DNA of 29,734 nucleotides, from IMG/VR virus record IMGVR_UViG_3300049436_000011, positions 1-29,734 of that record. One strand, 5' to 3'. Both the position numbers and the translations under genes were made by a program. The notes beneath the pieces were generated by a model. That model had not been told where the DNA came from and ran no database searches. It saw only the letters and a list, made by a program, of their open reading frames with translations. Each line of letters starts with the position of its first letter. Position 1 is the first letter of the stretch. This stretch comes from a virus. Taxonomy: Duplodnaviria > Caudoviricetes. Below, piece by piece: positions 25,384 through 29,734 of the stretch.

Positions 25384-26253
25384 TTATGCGAGTTTGCGTA
25401 ATTCGTCAGCAATACGGCGCAGGCTGTAGTCCGTTTTCACAATGAGTTTCTGAATATTGACATCCTCTTTACAGTTTGCCTTGATGATCAGGGCGGCATT
25501 GACCGACTTGAAGTTCACCAATGCCTCACGGCCTTCCGGGGATGCTTTCTGGTACCTGGATCCATATCGACTGAAAATCTCGGTGAATCCTACCTTTTTC
25601 CCATCGATGGCCCTGCGGATCTTCTCCTTGAGACCATCTGCGCCCATCATATACCATCCGCACGCGCGTTCCGTTGCGTTCCAGAGGGCTTTGAGTTCCA
25701 AAAATGCAGGATACTCCAGATCCCCGGCTTCGTCCAGGATGATGAGAGGAGTCTCAATAACGCGCAGATAATAGACCAGGTCAGCATACACATCGCTGTA
25801 CTTCCCTGCATATCCAACACCAAATTCCTTAGCGATGGACCTGATCAGCCTCTGCTTGTTTTTCACCTGGCTGCAGTCGATGTACACGGCATTCTTGTTT
25901 GACTTGACGTATGCCTTTGCGGTGAACGTTTTCCCGATGTCGGCGATATCACACAAAAGGCGTGAGGAACCATGCTGTTGACAAAAACGAAGCTGATCGC
26001 TAATGAATTCGAACACCGGGGTGCGTGCAATGTTCCATGCCGGGGCATCATTGATGGATACATCCATCACCCGTGCCAGGGTTAGCCACTGCTGATCCGA
26101 TATCACCTTTACAAAATCTCCATGCTTTACGCGTGAGTATTGGGCAGGGTTCATTCCGATGCTTACTGCAAACTTCTGGTCTGTGCCAGTGAAGTTCATC
26201 CGTCGCATTTGGAGCTCGTTGATGATGCGCTTCTTTTTGTCTTCTGAAATCAT
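25384..26253 (-). CDS. MuB/TniB-like AAA+ ATPase (transposition protein B)
   Basis: 289 aa; N-terminal HTH-like region, Walker A CDIADIGKT, Walker B LIILDEAG, FSR arginine finger; follows transposase. Confidence 0.88.
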   Translation of the reverse strand: MISEDKKKRIINELQMRRMNFTGTDQKFAVSIGMNPAQYSRVKHGDFVKVISDQQWLTLARVMDVSINDAPAWNIARTPVFEFISDQLRFCQQHGSSRLLCDIADIGKTFTAKAYVKSNKNAVYIDCSQVKNKQRLIRSIAKEFGVGYAGKYSDVYADLVYYLRVIETPLIILDEAGDLEYPAFLELKALWNATERACGWYMMGADGLKEKIRRAIDGKKVGFTEIFSRYGSRYQKASPEGREALVNFKSVNAALIIKANCKEDVNIQKLIVKTDYSLRRIADELRKLA

Positions 26254-26285
26254 GTGCGTGAGTTGTTTAGTTTATGAATAGTGGA

Positions 26286-28352
26286 TTAAATGTCGTTTTT
26301 AGCCTTGTTTTTCGCCCATTCTGAGGAGTATGTCTGAATCAGCTGATCAGTGATCTCGTCATTGGAAAGTTCGCGCTCTACGGGAACCTCTTCAACTATC
26401 TCGACCAGGATCTCTGAGTAATCATCCGGCTGCATAATCTCCAGTTTGCGGGTAACCTTCTCGGCCAGTCCATCCTTCTCGGTTTTAAAGAAGTGGGCTT
26501 TGCGCTTTGCCTGGTTGGTCCGGATCTGTTCGTCATGCTCCGTGCGTTCCATCTTCGACTCGTTATAGCGCTCGATCTTGGTCGCCTTTGTGATAAAAGT
26601 GTCGCCCTGGTAAATGAACACTTCAGAAATATTGCCATTGCGCTCGGGCACGTAGTAAGCTTCAACTGAATAGTTATTTGGACGGAGCCGGGCGATGGAT
26701 CCCTGGTTGTCGATCGCGTAATTTTCGTACATCACCTGGGCAAAGTCATTCTTCTGGATGGAGGTCTCGGTGCGCACTCCCATAACTTTGAAAAGCTTAT
26801 GCTTTTGTGGCCGGGACAGATCCGGGTTCATGTTTTCCACCAGAACCTGCCAGCGGGTTTTCCCTGGGAACATCTTTTGGTTTGGATGCGGGGCATTGTT
26901 GAACCGGTGGATACTTTCTTTGTCCTCGGCAATGATCTGGTCATACGGCAAGCGAGGTTCCTTGTACTCGATGTCCTTATTCTCACTTTTACCCTTGTAA
27001 TTTCCCTTTCCGTACCAGCGGGAGATCCCTACCTGGTTTCTTTTTTCGTCACCGATCTTTTTGGCCCTGATTTTATGCTCGGCACGCTTTTCTTTTGAGT
27101 TTTGCGGTTCGCAGAAGGTTACGTATGCAAACATCGCCTCCAGTTGCTCCCGGATATCGCTCATCAAATGGTTTTCAACTTCAACTTCCCCAGGCCACAT
27201 GAGGTTATTGGTATTGATCGTCCGGTACATCTCCCGGAAACATTCCCAAATCATGCCGACAGTTGGTGAGTTGATATCCCAAACGCAGCTGAGGATCGCA
27301 TCACTCATTACATCGAATGCCATGTACACATGAACCCGTTTTCCGTCAATGGTTTTACGCGGGAGATCCCGGTCGTCCATTGATATTTTGCTGAGGGAGT
27401 ATTGCGGCGGTTTCCGATGATTGTGCGGAGTGTGCTGTGTGATGTGATCGATGCGATTGTTACGCATACGGTCAATGATGATGGCATTGGCCGGGTTGTT
27501 GATGATATTCCAGACTGTGGAACGGCTGATGTTGATATAGGTGCCGCGATCGTGATCAAAGAAGTCTTCCCGGTCATACATAACTCCGCTGCCTGCGCTC
27601 GCGTCAACAATCTGAAGTGATCCGGATATGAATTTCAAGTAGTCATCATGAACCCAGGCACCGAATGGAAGATTTGCCTGGCAGAAAAGAGAGATAATAA
27701 GATTCTCAACAGCGGCATTGACCTTTGCGGCATTATTATTCTTGTTTCCCTTATGAATGAGATGCAAATAGCCGTGATCCCTATAGTTTTTGTACTTTTC
27801 CTTAAGCCGAAGAGCGTTGGATGGAAGGGTATGTTGGTATTTTTCTCTATCCAGAGTGTTCAATGCATCACTGGCGGCTTCCCAAATTCCCGATGTTTTT
27901 CCGCTTAAACGTTTGTTTTTTCCTGTCTTTTCGCTTACAAAAAAACCAACAGCGTTTAAAATCGTGGCATTCATGATATATTCAGACTTCCTGTTTACTT
28001 TTTGTTCGTCGAGACTGGTATCATCATCGAATTTGAAGTCTGTAAAGAACTTTGCCGCCGCCAGATCCGGCTCAATAAGTTCCTGCAGCCGGTTTCTCCT
28101 GGCATACTGTTTTACATCACCATACTTCTCCTGGATGCGCTGTTTGATGTCCGCCCGGAGCATGTCGTAGTTGAGAAGAGCAGGACAACCTATGCCGCCG
28201 CCTTTGCGTACACGGATATGCGGGAACCTTGTCATGTATTTGTGTAACGCCTCTTCGCTGATCACTGGCCTGGCCTTTATGCTATCGCTCAGGGGATCCC
28301 CTGAGGTAAGGTCTGGCTTACTGATGCAGAATATGTTATCGTAGATCTCCAA
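26286..28352 (-). CDS. MuA-like DDE transposase (TTG start)
   Basis: 688 aa; RNase H-like core ISMDDRD...YMAFDVMS...PGEVEVENH...NSKEKRAEH; between Ner-like gene and MuB-like ATPase. Confidence 0.88.
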   Translation of the reverse strand: MEIYDNIFCISKPDLTSGDPLSDSIKARPVISEEALHKYMTRFPHIRVRKGGGIGCPALLNYDMLRADIKQRIQEKYGDVKQYARRNRLQELIEPDLAAAKFFTDFKFDDDTSLDEQKVNRKSEYIMNATILNAVGFFVSEKTGKNKRLSGKTSGIWEAASDALNTLDREKYQHTLPSNALRLKEKYKNYRDHGYLHLIHKGNKNNNAAKVNAAVENLIISLFCQANLPFGAWVHDDYLKFISGSLQIVDASAGSGVMYDREDFFDHDRGTYINISRSTVWNIINNPANAIIIDRMRNNRIDHITQHTPHNHRKPPQYSLSKISMDDRDLPRKTIDGKRVHVYMAFDVMSDAILSCVWDINSPTVGMIWECFREMYRTINTNNLMWPGEVEVENHLMSDIREQLEAMFAYVTFCEPQNSKEKRAEHKIRAKKIGDEKRNQVGISRWYGKGNYKGKSENKDIEYKEPRLPYDQIIAEDKESIHRFNNAPHPNQKMFPGKTRWQVLVENMNPDLSRPQKHKLFKVMGVRTETSIQKNDFAQVMYENYAIDNQGSIARLRPNNYSVEAYYVPERNGNISEVFIYQGDTFITKATKIERYNESKMERTEHDEQIRTNQAKRKAHFFKTEKDGLAEKVTRKLEIMQPDDYSEILVEIVEEVPVERELSNDEITDQLIQTYSSEWAKNKAKNDI

Positions 28353-28357
28353 GAAGC

Positions 28358-28588
28358 CTATGATTGAGATATGTTATTCAATTTTCTCTGTTTGGCAATA
28401 TTCAGCTTCATAACTTTGCGAGCCAATTCGTCAATCGGACGAGACTTACGTCTACCGATGCACCATAACCGGACATATTCTTTTGAAAATCCTGTTCTTT
28501 CTGAAATGAATTGTTTGTCGGTCGGTGTGAGATGTTTTGAAACATCACGGTTGATAGGGTAATCGTAAAAATATTTGACTTTGGTCAT
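28358..28588 (-). CDS. Ner/Cro-like small HTH regulator
   Basis: Likely start MTKVK at 28588; DKQFISERTGFSKEYVRLWCIGRR HTH; first gene of early operon, divergent from repressor. Confidence 0.7.
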   Translation of the reverse strand: MTKVKYFYDYPINRDVSKHLTPTDKQFISERTGFSKEYVRLWCIGRRKSRPIDELARKVMKLNIAKQRKLNNISQS

Positions 28589-28605
28589 TTGTCTATGTAC
28601 ATTTG
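28574..28605 (+). promoter_or_regulatory. Repressor promoter
   Basis: TTTG (28574-28577), 20-nt spacer, TACATTTG (28598-28605): full Bacteroidota consensus. Confidence 0.7.
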
Positions 28606-28619
28606 TTGAATGATGGCAA

Positions 28620-28652
28620 CAAATATACTGCATTTAATTTGAGTAATGCAAG
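28620..28652 (-). promoter_or_regulatory. Early (lytic) promoter
   Basis: Minus strand CTTG (28652-28649), 21-nt spacer, TATATTTG (28627-28620). Confidence 0.65.
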
Positions 28653-29110
28653 AAAATACTGAAAATATTTTAAGTATCAACCAAAGAATTTTTAAATTCA
28701 TTGATTATCTTAAACTTACGCGCTACAAATTCTCTAAAAATACAGGGATTTCGGAGTCAGTATTACTCAATATTCATAAAGCAAAAAACAAACCAAGCGT
28801 CGATTTACTTGAAAAAATACTGAACACATATCCAGTATTGAATTCAAATTGGTTATTGACAGGTGAAGGATCCATGATCCTGGCCGAAAAGAAAACATAT
28901 AGTGATGTTGAAGATCAGGATCCCTCAAATTCGGAAGTAAGGAATCTCGAGTTTGTATACTGCATACATTGCAAAGAGAAGGAAAGGACGATATCCGCCC
29001 TGGAGAAAACAGTTAGCTCTTTGGAGAAAGTTATCCGGGAAATGGAGAAGGATCACGGAGAGCAACGTGCCTCAGCCGCCAAAAAGACCCCCTACAAGAA
29101 AACGGCATAA
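28646..29110 (+). CDS. CI-like phage repressor (XRE HTH, C-terminal CxxC plus coiled coil)
   Basis: 154 aa; INQRIFKFI...FSKNTGIS...WLLTGEGSM; no S24 peptidase domain. Confidence 0.88.
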   Translation: MQENTENILSINQRIFKFIDYLKLTRYKFSKNTGISESVLLNIHKAKNKPSVDLLEKILNTYPVLNSNWLLTGEGSMILAEKKTYSDVEDQDPSNSEVRNLEFVYCIHCKEKERTISALEKTVSSLEKVIREMEKDHGEQRASAAKKTPYKKTA

Positions 29111-29358
29111 TAAAAATGTGGGCATATCCCTACCAGGTGGACAAATAACCCTTTTGTTCATCCACACACACACTTTACCGGTAAATTTTATGGAATTATC
29201 TCATTATATAGTGGGTTTCAACCTGTTATACGTCTTATAGCTTTATTAGTGGTTGATTGTATAGGGTATTATCCCCCTTGTTATTTTCGTTTTTGTATGG
29301 TTCTCGACATTGTTTTTATGCGTTGCCTATATTTTATATGCCGTTTATTTTCGTTTTA

Positions 29359-29394
29359 TGTCCCTCCTCTTGTCCCTCCTCTCGTCCCTCCTTT
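29359..29394 (+). repeat. Three tandem 12-bp repeats
   Basis: TGTCCCTCCTCT, TGTCCCTCCTCT, CGTCCCTCCTTT. Confidence 0.9.
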
Positions 29395-29608
29395 GCTATT
29401 TTTACCCAAAAATATCACCTCACTACGCCAATTCATGACCTTAAAAAGGCCCCATGTAATGGAGCCAGAACCGGGTGTGTTATATTTGCCTGAAAGGTGC
29501 TTTAAATGTGATTAAACGCCGTATATTTGTCATTTAAACGAGTATATTGGTAGTTCGATGAAAGTAGATACTGGTAGTTCCCTGGTATGTGCAAGTAAAA
29601 TGAAAGCT

Positions 29609-29716
29609 TTTATACAATTCGAATTAAAAGGCCGTTTTGGAGATATCGCTGGAAAGCCGCATTTATGTAAGAAAAATCGGCCAAAATATATTGCTATCCT
29701 TTATACATTTCTATTT
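29609..29716 (+). repeat. Imperfect direct repeats, candidate transposase-binding sites at the phage end
   Basis: TTTATACAATTCGAATT (29609-29625) and TTTATACATTTCTATTT (29700-29716), 14/17 identical, in non-coding DNA beyond the repressor. Confidence 0.5.
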
Positions 29717-29734
29717 GTGCCCTATATATTTGCC

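Larger units (their letters stand above)
1..29728. mobile_element. Mu-like transposable prophage (contractile tail), left part truncated by the window edge
   Basis: Repressor / Ner-like / DDE transposase / AAA ATPase module plus Mu-type TerL, DUF935-like portal, MuF, gpG-like, sheath, tube, tape measure and baseplate genes; no tyrosine/serine integrase. Right boundary is approximate. Confidence 0.93.

Noticed and set aside
29359-29394. CRISPR array
   Set aside because: 12-bp units with no spacers and no cas genes.
29249-29515. 88-aa and 78-aa ORFs (VPPL repeat) at the right end
   Set aside because: Low-complexity translations of T-rich end DNA and the 12-bp repeat; no coding support.
1-29734. 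Diversity-generating retroelement, invertase/shufflon, mom or methyltransferase, alternative genetic code
   Set aside because: No reverse transcriptase, recombinase or methyltransferase motifs seen, and genes tile normally with all three stop codons; tail-fibre region lies outside the window.

Overview
This window holds most of a Mu-like (transposable) myovirus prophage, very probably from a Bacteroidota host (TTTG-N19-21-TAnnTTTG promoters, A-rich translation starts without obvious SD motifs). From the right it contains: a candidate phage end with repeats; a repressor (+) facing an early/middle operon (-) with Ner/Cro-like HTH, DDE transposase, two P-loop ATPases, DUF3164-like protein, a tRNA-like element, HD hydrolase, MazG-like protein, M15 endolysin, small ORFs, GemA-like protein and a probable late activator; a membrane-anchored moron; and two divergent late operons, packaging/head (+; TerS, TerL, gp36-like, portal, MuF, gpG-like, gp37-like) and protease-capsid-holin-tail-baseplate (-), which runs off the left edge. 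The strongest unexpected signal is a textbook -1 ribosomal frameshift cassette (T_TTT_TTC, 5-nt spacer, 8-bp GC-rich hairpin) at the end of the portal gene that would fuse portal to MuF through a fully open linker. Other notable signals: a -1 frameshift in the tail chaperone, an exactly symmetric divergent late promoter around a long dyad, a capsid protein with a long hydrophobic N-terminal leader, a signal-peptide protein between sheath and tube, and a non-canonical tRNA-like RNA with AGC anticodon. Family names are from recognition of motifs and synteny, not from database searches.
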